Shown in pieces: positions 18,654 to 27,590 of a DNA stretch of 36,654 bases (the first letter of the stretch is position 1; each line of letters begins with the position of its first letter). The DNA lies in assembly GCA_046538645.1 (NCBI GenBank), contig JBKHIL010000001.1:1-36654 (forward strand), given 5' to 3'. A program made the position numbers and the translations under genes. The notes under the pieces are model-generated. The model did no database searches. It saw nothing but the letters and a program-made list of their open reading frames with translations, and was not told where the DNA came from. This DNA comes from Desulfovermiculus sp. GTDB lineage: Bacteria > Desulfobacterota > Desulfovibrionia > Desulfovibrionales > Desulfothermaceae.

Positions 18654-18899
18654 GTGCAAAGCGAACGATACGAAACCTCAATATGCCGAGACCCGGATTC
18701 ACATTCAGGATTGGGCGGCCATGAGAGGACCCTGGTTCTCACAGTCACACGCAATATCCTTATGAACCGCAAAGGGATGCGTTGCGCTCGTGGTGCGTTG
18801 CAATCAAGAACGCAGCAACATGTCCCAGACATATCAATGATAACGGCATTCAAGCCGCTGCAGGAAAAGGCTTAACTGGCCGGAAAGAGGGGTATTTTC

Positions 18900-19679
18900 A
18901 TGCAAACCATCATTGCCGTAGCCAATCAAAAAGGCGGGGTAGGCAAAACAACAACCGCCATCAACCTGGCCGCGTCTCTGGCGGCCATGGAGAAAAAAGT
19001 TCTCCTGGTGGATTGCGATCCCCAGGCCAACGCAACAAGCGGACTGAATATCCAGCCCACCCATGATCAGGGAACGGTGTATCAGGCCCTCTTTCATCCG
19101 GAGCAGGCTAGGGACATGGTCTATGCCACCACACTGCCCTATCTTTTTGTCCTTCCCTCTATTCAGGACCTGGTAGCGGCTGAACTCGAGCTCGTGGAAA
19201 AGATCGGCCGTGAATATTACCTCAAGGACTGTCTCACTCAAATAGCAGCCGATTATGACTATGTATTCCTGGACTGCCCGCCTTCGCTGGGCTTGATTAC
19301 TGTCAACGCCCTATGCGCTGCCACTCACCTGCTCATCCCCTTGCAGTGCGAATATTATGCTTTAGAAGGCATCGCCCATCTCATGCGCACCTATGAACTG
19401 GTCAAGAGCCGACTCAATTCTCCCCTCAACCTCCTTGGGGTGGTTCTGACCATGTTCGACCGCAGAAACAAGCTTTCGCATCAGGTGGAACGCGAAGTGC
19501 GATCCTACTTTCAGGACAAGGTCTTTACCAGCATCATCCCCCGGAATGTACGGCTCTCCGAAGCACCAAGCCATGGGCTTCCAGCCCTGTGCTACGACTG
19601 TAAATCTGCAGGCTCGCAAGCCTATCTCAAGCTGGGGCAGGAGATCCTGGGTGGACAGGGCGTAGTTGCCGCAGCCTGA
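18900..19679 (+). CDS. parA: ParA/Soj chromosome partitioning ATPase
   Basis: Deviant Walker A NQKGGVGKTT, DCDPQAN, DCPPSLG, QCEYYALEG, IPRNVRLSEAPS. Confidence 0.96.
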   Translation: MQTIIAVANQKGGVGKTTTAINLAASLAAMEKKVLLVDCDPQANATSGLNIQPTHDQGTVYQALFHPEQARDMVYATTLPYLFVLPSIQDLVAAELELVEKIGREYYLKDCLTQIAADYDYVFLDCPPSLGLITVNALCAATHLLIPLQCEYYALEGIAHLMRTYELVKSRLNSPLNLLGVVLTMFDRRNKLSHQVEREVRSYFQDKVFTSIIPRNVRLSEAPSHGLPALCYDCKSAGSQAYLKLGQEILGGQGVVAAA

Positions 19680-19735
19680 TTGTCCGGTTGCTCGCCCTTG
19701 AAATACTCTCAGGCAGAACTGAAAATTCCAAATGC

Positions 19736-20149
19736 TCATGTCCCCTGTATGGGGGTGGTTTCCATCTTTATTGTGTCCTTGAAGTGACGTTTCGTCACTC
19801 TGGATCGGCATTTCTGACACTCAAAAACCACCAGTCCACCTAAACTGGCCGCCTTGAGCCGGAACTTGCGCGGATCATCCTCTTCCCAGTTGGAGGTGCT
19901 GCTGCCGCACTGCCCGCAGACTACCTCCCTGTTCACAGGATACCGAAAGTCCCAATTGCTGACCAAAAGTTCCCAGTCCTGCATGGGTTCAGCCTGATGC
20001 TTCATCCCCTGCAGGCGCTTGTGGGCTTTTTGTAGGCAGGGGAGCACTTCGGATTTCACCTCAGCCCATACATCCGCCGGAATATACACACCGACTTCAT
20101 CTCCTGATCCGGAATACAGGGTCTGGACACCGCTTCTTGGATCTGCCAT
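19736..20149 (-). CDS. Uncharacterised 137-aa protein with two CxxC motifs (putative zinc ribbon)
   Basis: ATG with SD GAGGAG, fits in the parA-parB gap without overlap; CGQC and CQKC motifs; Trp-rich core. Confidence 0.8.
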   Translation of the reverse strand: MADPRSGVQTLYSGSGDEVGVYIPADVWAEVKSEVLPCLQKAHKRLQGMKHQAEPMQDWELLVSNWDFRYPVNREVVCGQCGSSTSNWEEDDPRKFRLKAASLGGLVVFECQKCRSRVTKRHFKDTIKMETTPIQGT

Positions 20150-20278
20150 GTTTTCAATCTCCTCAATTTCAGGTAGAGACTTTGTGCACCAAGGGACCTG
20201 ATTTATGTCCCACGGGCATAGTGCCCAAAGAGATGAATTACGTCTACCAATACACCGCAGGAATAAGGAGTATGGCCC

Positions 20279-21196
20279 ATGCCAGGTTCAACCCGTGGAT
20301 TGGGCAAGGGACTGGAGGCACTTTTTAATGCACCAAAGGCCCAGGCGCAAGAGAAGAGTGCGCATGGACTGCACAGTGTGCCCCTGGACCAAATTGAACC
20401 AAATCCCAATCAGCCGCGTCAAACATATTCCCAGGAAGGGCTGCGCGAGCTGGCCCAGTCCATAGCCGAGCAAGGCCTTTTACAGCCCCTGCTCGTTCGT
20501 CTCCACCCCAGCAGGCCGGACTGCTACCAAATCATCGCCGGCGAACGGCGGTGGCGGGCCAGCCGGCTGGCCGGACAGAGCCATGTCCCTGTCCTGATCC
20601 GCGAGATCACTGACAGTGAAGCTCTGGTCATAGGGCTGATTGAAAACCTGCAGCGCCAGGACCTCAATCCGGTGGAAGAAGCTCAGGCCCTGGGCCGTCT
20701 GCAGGAACAGCTGCACATCTCTCAGGACGAACTCGCCCGGCGCCTGGGCCGCAGCCGCTCTGCAATCGCCAACAGCCTGCGCTTGCTGCATTTGTCACCG
20801 GAAATCCTCACCGCTCTCTCTGAATCCAGAATAAGTGCCGGACAGGCCAGAACCCTGCTTGCTGTAGCTGATGAAGATGCCCGCAATTTTCTTTTTCAGG
20901 CTGCTGAAAGCCGCCAGCTCACAGTGCGCCAGATGGAACATGCGGTGGCTTTTTGGAAAGCCAATGGTCGCTTTCCGGCCAGCATTCAGCCCCAGACCGC
21001 CCAGGCTTTGCCCCAGACCGGCTTTGATGCGTCCCGCTCTGCCTTGCAGCAGGCCTTGACCCAGAGACTGGAGGCCGGCGTACGTATCACCGGGCAAAAG
21101 AACAAGGGGCGCATCACACTGGCCTATTCTTCAGAAGATGAGCTTTGGCACCTGATCCGCAAACTCGGCGTGGACCCGGATTCATGTTTCACGTGA
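20279..21196 (+). CDS. parB: ParB/Spo0J CTPase DNA-binding partition protein
   Basis: N-terminal RGLGKGLEAL, PNPNQPR, GLLQPL, IAGERRWRA, ENLQRQDL, HTH SQDELARRLGRSRSAIAN; SD AAGGAG. Confidence 0.96.
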   Translation: MPGSTRGLGKGLEALFNAPKAQAQEKSAHGLHSVPLDQIEPNPNQPRQTYSQEGLRELAQSIAEQGLLQPLLVRLHPSRPDCYQIIAGERRWRASRLAGQSHVPVLIREITDSEALVIGLIENLQRQDLNPVEEAQALGRLQEQLHISQDELARRLGRSRSAIANSLRLLHLSPEILTALSESRISAGQARTLLAVADEDARNFLFQAAESRQLTVRQMEHAVAFWKANGRFPASIQPQTAQALPQTGFDASRSALQQALTQRLEAGVRITGQKNKGRITLAYSSEDELWHLIRKLGVDPDSCFT

Positions 21197-21200
21197 AACA
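21185..21200. promoter_or_regulatory. parS: parS centromere-like site
   Basis: TGTTTCACGTGAAACA, an exact match to the canonical bacterial parS consensus; the palindrome extends to 18 bp (21184-21201). Confidence 0.93.
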
Positions 21201-21240
21201 TAGGGATCATGGCTTTTTGAAAAACAGCAAAGAACCTGGG

Positions 21241-21264
21241 GCTGGGAGACTTTCGGCTCCCGGC
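21241..21264 (+). other. GC-rich hairpin between parB and ftsE
   Basis: GCTGGGAG-actttcgg-CTCCCGGC, 8-bp stem with one G-U pair and no U-tract. Confidence 0.4.
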
Positions 21265-21283
21265 GGTCCGAACCAATCACTGG

Positions 21284-21988
21284 ATGATCATGCATGAATC
21301 ACCCATAATTCGACTCCGGCATGTATCACATGCCTTTGCTTCGTTCTGGGCCTTAAAAGATATCCTCCTGGATGTCTTCCCAGGAGAGTTCATCTTTCTG
21401 ACCGGACCTTCCGGGGCGGGTAAAACGACCCTCCTGCGCCTGTTGCACGGTTCCCTGCCTGTTCAACGGGGAGTGGCCACAATTGCCGGGTACGACCTCA
21501 AATCTTTGACTCCCCGGCGCCTGCACTCCTTACGCCGGGAAGTTTCCGTGGTTTTTCAGGATTTTATGGTATTGCCTGCGCGCAGTGTTCGGGAAAACAT
21601 TGCCCTGCCCCTGGTCATTCGCGGTATGTCCAGAGATCTTATACAGCGCAGAGTCAATGCTGTCCTGCGCGGATTACAATTGCAGGGAAAAGAGGACATC
21701 TCCTGCGGCCGTCTTTCCGGAGGAGAACAACAACGGGTGGCCATTGCCAGATCCATTGTCACCAACCCCAGAGTCCTTCTGGCCGATGAACCTACAGGCA
21801 ATCTGGACCCTGATTACTCCCTCCGCCTCCTGGACATCTTTGGACGTTTCAATGTTCACGGCACGACCATGATCCTGGCCACACATGATCAAAGCCTGAT
21901 TCAGGCCATGCCCCAGGCGCGCGTTGTGCATCTTGATCAGGGAATTCTTCAAGGAGAGGAGCATGCTGTCTCGACTTCTGGGGTCTGA
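21284..21988 (+). CDS. ftsE: Cell division ATP-binding protein FtsE
   Basis: GPSGAGKTT, VVFQDF, LSGGEQQRVAIAR, LADEPTGNLD, ATHD; followed by an FtsX-like permease. Confidence 0.9.
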   Translation: MIMHESPIIRLRHVSHAFASFWALKDILLDVFPGEFIFLTGPSGAGKTTLLRLLHGSLPVQRGVATIAGYDLKSLTPRRLHSLRREVSVVFQDFMVLPARSVRENIALPLVIRGMSRDLIQRRVNAVLRGLQLQGKEDISCGRLSGGEQQRVAIARSIVTNPRVLLADEPTGNLDPDYSLRLLDIFGRFNVHGTTMILATHDQSLIQAMPQARVVHLDQGILQGEEHAVSTSGV

Positions 21989-22829
21989 TCTCATCAGCTG
22001 GAAATACATCCGCACCGAGCAAATCCTCGCCTTTCTGGGAGTGGGACTCATCATGTTCCTGGCTTTGTGCGCCTTTTTGGGTGCCAAATGCATTCATTCC
22101 CAGATTGTATCCCAGTCCGCAGATATTCAGATACAGGTCTTCTGGAAACCTGACCGGACCATGGATCAGGTCCGCCAGGCCTGGGAGCAGGCCCGGCGGC
22201 TTCCATCTGTGGACAGGGTTGACACCTTCACCCCAGCCCAGGCTCTCCAAAAAATGCAGGCCGATATCGGGAAGAGTATGGAGCTGTCCTGGCTCAAGGA
22301 ACACAACCCTTTGCCCCCTACAGCTGTTATCCAGGCCAATATTTCCCAGAACTTAACAGCGGCCGAACTTGTGCAGCAAATAGAAGCACTGCCAGGGGTG
22401 GACCAGGTGCACAGCAACCCCCTTGAGATCAATGCAGCACAGTCCTGGAAACGTATCTCCCTGACCATTGTCTGGCCGCTGATCTCTGCATTGCTTTTAA
22501 CCCAGGCTGTTATCCTGGCCAATACTGTTCGACTCAGTCTGCACAGGCTGCATGAGGACATCCTGGTCCTGCGCCTCATCGGTGCCACTCGCTGGGCCTG
22601 CCACGCTCCGGTTCTGTTTCGGATGCTGGCCCTGACCTGTGCAGCAACCCTGCTGGCTATTGGAGGTCTCAAGCTGGTTCAGCTTCAAGCAATCGAGGTC
22701 CTCTCTTCTCCTCCTTTTTACTGGTCCTGCCCGTTTCTGTCCGGGACGGAAATCCTGTCCGCATTCCTGTGTGCCGCTGCAGTGACTGGCCTGAGTTCTG
22801 TCCTTGCCATCCACAGTCAAGGGTTGTAG
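21963..22829 (+). CDS. ftsX: Cell division permease FtsX
   Basis: Start re-called at ATG 21963 behind GGAGAGGAG. One TM, a large extracytoplasmic loop with NPLP, then three TMs and NTVRL...LRLIGAT. Confidence 0.82.
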   Translation: MLSRLLGSDLISWKYIRTEQILAFLGVGLIMFLALCAFLGAKCIHSQIVSQSADIQIQVFWKPDRTMDQVRQAWEQARRLPSVDRVDTFTPAQALQKMQADIGKSMELSWLKEHNPLPPTAVIQANISQNLTAAELVQQIEALPGVDQVHSNPLEINAAQSWKRISLTIVWPLISALLLTQAVILANTVRLSLHRLHEDILVLRLIGATRWACHAPVLFRMLALTCAATLLAIGGLKLVQLQAIEVLSSPPFYWSCPFLSGTEILSAFLCAAAVTGLSSVLAIHSQGL

Positions 22830-22920
22830 GAAGAGTTTTGACCACTCAAGCCTTCGTATGTCAGCAGCATGTCTTTACTCAGACACCTCTGTTTTAATAA
22901 ATATGAAAGGAGTGTTTCCC

Positions 22921-24594
22921 ATGCGCAGTGAAAAAATGACCTCTGGGCTGGAAAAAGGTCCGCACCGTTCTTTACTGCATGCCCTCGGACTGACCAGGGA
23001 TGAGATCCATCGTCCCCTAGTGGGCGTGGTGAATGCTGCGAGCGAAGTGGTCCCTGGTCATATTCATCTGGACAAAATCGCGAACGCGGTCAAGGCAGGA
23101 GTGCGGATGGCCGGGGGCGTACCCATGGAATTTCCGGCTATTGGAGTGTGCGATGGATTGGCCATGAATCACGAGGGTATGCGCATGAGCCTTCCCAGCC
23201 GGGAAATCATTGCTGATTCTATTGAGCTCATGGCCACGGCCCACCCCTTTGACGCTTTGGTTCTTATTCCCAATTGCGACAAGATAGTCCCGGGGATGCT
23301 CATGGCCATGCTGCGCCTGAACATACCATCTCTTTGTATCAGTGGCGGTCCCATGCTAGCGGGCTCCCATCAGGGCCAGGCTGTGGACCTGATCAGTGTT
23401 TTCGAGGCTGTGGGTCAAGTCAAGCGTGGATCCATGTCCCCCGAGACCTTGGCCGAACTGGAGCAAAGCGCCTGTCCGGGATGCGGAAGCTGCTCCGGCA
23501 TGTTTACTGCGAATTCCATGAACTGCCTGACCGAAGCCATTGGATTGGCTCTTCCTGGGAACGGGACCATTCCGGCAGTGGAAGCCGCCAGAATCAGGCT
23601 GGCCAAACAGGCCGGGATGCAAGTTATGTCCCTGTGGGAGCAAGACATCACCCCCCGGGATATCGTCACTCAGGACAGTGTACATAACGCGGTAGCCGTA
23701 GATATGGCTCTGGGCGGATCGACAAATACTGTCCTGCATTTGCCGGCAATCTTTGCTGAAGCCGGCATTGACTTAACGCTGGAGGTCTTTGACCGGGTTT
23801 CAAGGTCGACTCCCAATCTGTGCCGTCTCTCACCTGCCGGGAGTCACCACATCCAGGATCTGCATCAGGCCGGGGGAATACCAGCCGTGATGTCCGAACT
23901 GGCCCAAGCCGGACTGATCCATGGTCACTGCCAGACAGTCACCGGGCAACAGGTTGAGACCAATTTGCGCTCCTTAAACTCCAAGATCCTCAATCCCGAC
24001 GTGATCAGGCATGTTGACGCCCCCTATAATACCCAGGGGGGAATTGCTGTGCTCTATGGAAACCTGGCTCCGGACGGATGCGTGGTCAAACAGGCGGCAG
24101 TGGCCGAGGAAATGCGGGTCCGGGAAGGACAGGCCATTGTGTTTGACAGTGAAGAAGAGGCCACACAGGCCATACTCAACGGTGAAATCAAGGCTGGTCA
24201 TATTGTGATCATCCGGTATGAAGGCCCTAAAGGTGGTCCGGGAATGCGAGAGATGCTCACCCCGACATCGGCTATCGCCGGTATGGGTCTAGACCGGGAT
24301 GTGGCCTTGATTACAGATGGAAGATTCAGTGGCGGGACCAGAGGGGCGGCCATAGGGCACGTGTCCCCGGAAGCGGCCAGTGGCGGGCCTATAGGTCTGA
24401 TCCAAAATCAGGATCGCATCAAAATCGACCTCCCTGAACGTTCACTGCAGCTTATGGTTGACCAGAGCGAACTCGACACCAGGCGAAAGGCATTTGTCCC
24501 CCGCACAAAGCCGGTGGATTCGGCCTTTTTGCGCCGATACGCTCAGCATGTGACCTCAGCCGCTCACGGGGCGGTATTTCAAAAAATCACATAG
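22921..24594 (+). CDS. ilvD: Dihydroxy-acid dehydratase
   Basis: Start re-called at ATG 22921 behind [50 protein letters not shown]. Confidence 0.97.
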   Translation: MRSEKMTSGLEKGPHRSLLHALGLTRDEIHRPLVGVVNAASEVVPGHIHLDKIANAVKAGVRMAGGVPMEFPAIGVCDGLAMNHEGMRMSLPSREIIADSIELMATAHPFDALVLIPNCDKIVPGMLMAMLRLNIPSLCISGGPMLAGSHQGQAVDLISVFEAVGQVKRGSMSPETLAELEQSACPGCGSCSGMFTANSMNCLTEAIGLALPGNGTIPAVEAARIRLAKQAGMQVMSLWEQDITPRDIVTQDSVHNAVAVDMALGGSTNTVLHLPAIFAEAGIDLTLEVFDRVSRSTPNLCRLSPAGSHHIQDLHQAGGIPAVMSELAQAGLIHGHCQTVTGQQVETNLRSLNSKILNPDVIRHVDAPYNTQGGIAVLYGNLAPDGCVVKQAAVAEEMRVREGQAIVFDSEEEATQAILNGEIKAGHIVIIRYEGPKGGPGMREMLTPTSAIAGMGLDRDVALITDGRFSGGTRGAAIGHVSPEAASGGPIGLIQNQDRIKIDLPERSLQLMVDQSELDTRRKAFVPRTKPVDSAFLRRYAQHVTSAAHGAVFQKIT

Positions 24595-24600
24595 CATGCA

Positions 24601-24624
24601 CTCCCGGTGCGTCCTGCACGGGAG
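24601..24624 (+). other. Hairpin just downstream of the ilvD stop
   Basis: CTCCC-g-GTGC-gtcct-GCAC-GGGAG, 9 bp with one bulge and no U-tract. Confidence 0.35.
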
Positions 24625-24650
24625 GAGTCCAGCCGAAAATCTGGAGGCAT

Positions 24651-25565
24651 ATGCAGCAATACAGTACACCTACAAAACGCCTGGCTGCCTGGGAACGCGA
24701 GCCCTGTGGGCGGTTTGGCCTGAAGCAGGAAAAACACTTCTTGCTCCACCTGGCCTCAGATTGGCGCCGACGGCACCGCAAGGTTCTCCAGATCGAGTGC
24801 GGGAACGGACTGCTATTAGAATCCTTCTGGGAAGCTGGGTTTGATCTCAGTGCAAGCGCCTCAAATCCGGACGATGTCCATAAGGCCCGGACCAGGATAG
24901 GCCGCCGGGCTGAATTGCATTTGGCCCACCCAGCCGATCTGCCATTTGAGGACAAGTCATTTGACTATGTCTTGCTTATCACCGCCCTGGATTATTGCCC
25001 GCAGCCTTCGCATGTACTCCAAGAGGCGGCCCGGGTATGTGCAAAAGAGATCTTGATCAGCTTTTTAAATAAGCACTCCCTGTATGCCTTGACCTTGCCC
25101 AGGGCCAATGCATCAGCATCTTGTTCCAAACCGGTTCGGTGGTGGTCCTGGCCCTCCATGAAGGCCTTTGTCGGTCGCAATCTGGGATCTCGACCGCTGT
25201 GCGCCCAGGGTGGCATTCTTCCCGGACCCTACACCTCGTGGCAATCAAATCCTTTGTGCCGAACCTTAAACAGTATGCTCTTCCCCAATATTTTTGGGGC
25301 CTATGCCGCCTTACGCCTGGATATGACCGCAGATCATGTCCTCACCCCGCTGCCTGCCTGGGCCCAAAGTAGACCCAAACCCTCCACTCCCTGCTCGCAG
25401 CGGGACCGAACCTCAGCTTCGGCCTCAAGAAACCGGGCATGTTCTCCGCAGTCATTTACACAAGCCACACTTCATGTGTCCCCCCGGCTAAGACCCCCTC
25501 CATCTGGGCCGGAATCCTCAAGAGGCCATCCGCATGGAGCAGACTGCGCAGCAGACCGGACTTAG
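24651..25565 (+). CDS. Class I SAM-dependent methyltransferase-like protein with divergent motifs
   Basis: SD GGAGG; VLQIECGNG (motif I-like), DLPFEDKSFDYV, LQEAARV. The low-complexity tail overlaps moeA. Confidence 0.75.
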   Translation: MQQYSTPTKRLAAWEREPCGRFGLKQEKHFLLHLASDWRRRHRKVLQIECGNGLLLESFWEAGFDLSASASNPDDVHKARTRIGRRAELHLAHPADLPFEDKSFDYVLLITALDYCPQPSHVLQEAARVCAKEILISFLNKHSLYALTLPRANASASCSKPVRWWSWPSMKAFVGRNLGSRPLCAQGGILPGPYTSWQSNPLCRTLNSMLFPNIFGAYAALRLDMTADHVLTPLPAWAQSRPKPSTPCSQRDRTSASASRNRACSPQSFTQATLHVSPRLRPPPSGPESSRGHPHGADCAADRT

Positions 25566-26700
25566 CCAGCACAGGTTCGGCCCAGAGTGTGCCTTTCCCA
25601 TCCTGGGTCAGCTTGACCCGAATGTAGTCTTCCCGCCCCTGCTGTGAGGCGATGTTGCGGTTTACCCTGGCCCATACCCTGGCCTGCCTGGAGCGATCAA
25701 AGGCCTGGTCCTCACCTCCCAGATGGGCCAGAAAAGGCAGGCCCAATACATACATGACAACTTGAGCTGAGGTGACCTGTCCCGGCAGTCCGATGACGGG
25801 AGTCTGTCCATTTGCAGCCAGTATAGTGGGTTTTCCCGGGCTGAGTGCAATACCATGGGCCAAGACCCGTCCTTGGGGCAGAGCGGAAATGACCGCAATG
25901 CTCAAATCCCGGGTGCCAACCGAACTCCCCCCGGAAAGGAGAACGCAGTCTGCTTGATTGGCAGCATAAGCCACAGCCTGTTCCAGGTCCTGCTGCTGAT
26001 CCTGAACAATGCCCATGATCCAGGGCTCTGCACCGGCCCGGGAACACCAGGCTGCCAGGGTTGTGGAATTGACATCCCGTATCTTTCCTGGAACTGGCTT
26101 TTCCTCCACAGGAACCAGCTCATCCCCTGTCGACAGAATGGCCACCCTGGGGCGGCGGAAGACATCGACCCGGCTGTGCCCTAAAGCGGCCAGGACTCCG
26201 AGATCCTGGGGCCTCAGCCGCTTTCCGGCCCCTAGTGCAATCTCTCCGCTCTTGCAGTCCTCTCCTTTGAGCATGATATTGTCCCCCGGGCCAAGGGACC
26301 TGAAAACCTCGATTTCATCTTCAGCAATCTGACGGGTATGTTCAACCATGACCACGGCATCTGCTCCTGAGGGCAGAGTTCCCCCGGTCAATATTTCCGC
26401 GCACTCCCCAGGGTTCAGAGACATTTGCGGAGATTCATCAACCGCCAGCTGAGCCTTGAGGCTCAAGTAGACCGGGTTGCTTTCTCCGGCCCCGAAACAG
26501 TCTCTGGCACGAACCGCGTACCCGTCCATGCTCGATCTTGAATATGCAGGCAGATCTTCCTCCGCCCGGATATCCCGGGCTGTAACCAGGGACAGGGCCT
26601 GATCCAGGCCCACTTTCTCTATATCCGGAACAGGGGCAAAAGATCTCAATATGTGCTCACAGGCCTCGACACTTTGAACCTCGAAGAAATCGTTTTTCAT
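25456..26700 (-). CDS. moeA: Molybdopterin molybdotransferase
   Basis: SSMDGYAV, TGG.LP.GADAVVMVE, STGDEL, SGGSSVG, PGKPT, GLPG. Confidence 0.95.
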   Translation of the reverse strand: MKNDFFEVQSVEACEHILRSFAPVPDIEKVGLDQALSLVTARDIRAEEDLPAYSRSSMDGYAVRARDCFGAGESNPVYLSLKAQLAVDESPQMSLNPGECAEILTGGTLPSGADAVVMVEHTRQIAEDEIEVFRSLGPGDNIMLKGEDCKSGEIALGAGKRLRPQDLGVLAALGHSRVDVFRRPRVAILSTGDELVPVEEKPVPGKIRDVNSTTLAAWCSRAGAEPWIMGIVQDQQQDLEQAVAYAANQADCVLLSGGSSVGTRDLSIAVISALPQGRVLAHGIALSPGKPTILAANGQTPVIGLPGQVTSAQVVMYVLGLPFLAHLGGEDQAFDRSRQARVWARVNRNIASQQGREDYIRVKLTQDGKGTLWAEPVLAKSGLLRSLLHADGLLRIPAQMEGVLAGGTHEVWLV

Positions 26701-27407
26701 GTCCCCGACTCCATGCTGATTTCTATCCGGCCTGGTGCATAGCCTTTGAGCTGGGCCAGCATGCCTTGAATTCCACCCGAAATAATGCTCTCCACAAAGG
26801 GATTCAGCCCCAGGGGCTGACCGTTGACCCGAATGCTCATGGTCCCCTGGAGGGCCTGACAGTCATCCGGGCTGGCCTTTTTGCGCACGATATCTCTGGC
26901 CAATTGCCCGCAATTCTCTCGTCCGCAGGAGCCGCAATCCAGACCAGGCAGGAGAAACCCGCGCTCCAGGACCAGCTGTCCCAAATCCTCAATGGTCTCT
27001 AGAACCGGCACATCGCCATCGAGAGATCGCTTCCAGGCTGCAAGGGCCAGTTCCGGATCCAAGACCCGATCATCTTGTCCTGTGTTTTTGGGAAGCACAA
27101 TGCGAGGCATGACGGCAAGATCCCTGCCCCCTTCAACCACGAGTACATCAGCTTGAAGCAAGGGAACCAGATCCATTAAAAATTTTTTCCTGGGCCAGAG
27201 GATCTGACTCTCGTTGGGGCTTATGCCTACCACAGCCTGAGCCTGCCCCAAAAGCCGGGCCGTGTCCGTATCTTGACGTTCAAATCCGTGACTTGAGTAC
27301 TTTGCTGCTGCAACCTTGAGCCCCTGGGCTTGAAAATACGTACAGAGTTCAAGAGCCAGGCTGGTTTTTCCCGACTTCTTATTCCCTATCAAGGCAACGG
27401 CTTTCAT
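26697..27407 (-). CDS. mobB: MobB-family protein with a C-terminal Fe-S domain
   Basis: Start re-called at ATG 27407 behind AGGAGG. P-loop GNKKSGKT, DVLVVEG, LPGLDCGSCGRENC...C; ATGA overlap with moeA. Confidence 0.85.
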   Translation of the reverse strand: MKAVALIGNKKSGKTSLALELCTYFQAQGLKVAAAKYSSHGFERQDTDTARLLGQAQAVVGISPNESQILWPRKKFLMDLVPLLQADVLVVEGGRDLAVMPRIVLPKNTGQDDRVLDPELALAAWKRSLDGDVPVLETIEDLGQLVLERGFLLPGLDCGSCGRENCGQLARDIVRKKASPDDCQALQGTMSIRVNGQPLGLNPFVESIISGGIQGMLAQLKGYAPGRIEISMESGT

Positions 27408-27481
27408 CTCATGTCCTCCTTTTTCTGTACCTAAACTTTGATTCTTGACCTGCTGCTTTATCAAAAATCAGCCCTCACGTT

Positions 27482-27510
27482 TTGACAACACCACCGGTTT
27501 GGTCTAAGGA
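27482..27510 (+). promoter_or_regulatory. Candidate sigma70 promoter for the hisS-aspS-def-fmt operon
   Basis: Perfect TTGACA (27482-27487), 17-bp spacer, TAAGGA as a partial -10. Confidence 0.5.
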
Positions 27511-27590
27511 AGTCTTTTTGATTTGTCTACGTTTGCCTCCCATGTGGAGGATGACCTCCTTCCCATTTTTCCATCACAAGATATGCCGCT

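Noticed and set aside
18651-18875. In-frame 73-codon ORF directly after the TAG of the XXXCH gene (possible amber or pyrrolysine readthrough)
   Set aside because: XXXCH domains naturally end shortly after CH, the extension has no recognisable features, and no pyl genes are in the window.
19783-19799. AGTGACG-ttt-CGTCACT inverted repeat inside the CxxC gene
   Set aside because: It lies in coding sequence, does not match parS, and a 7-bp dyad is expected by chance in 36 kb.
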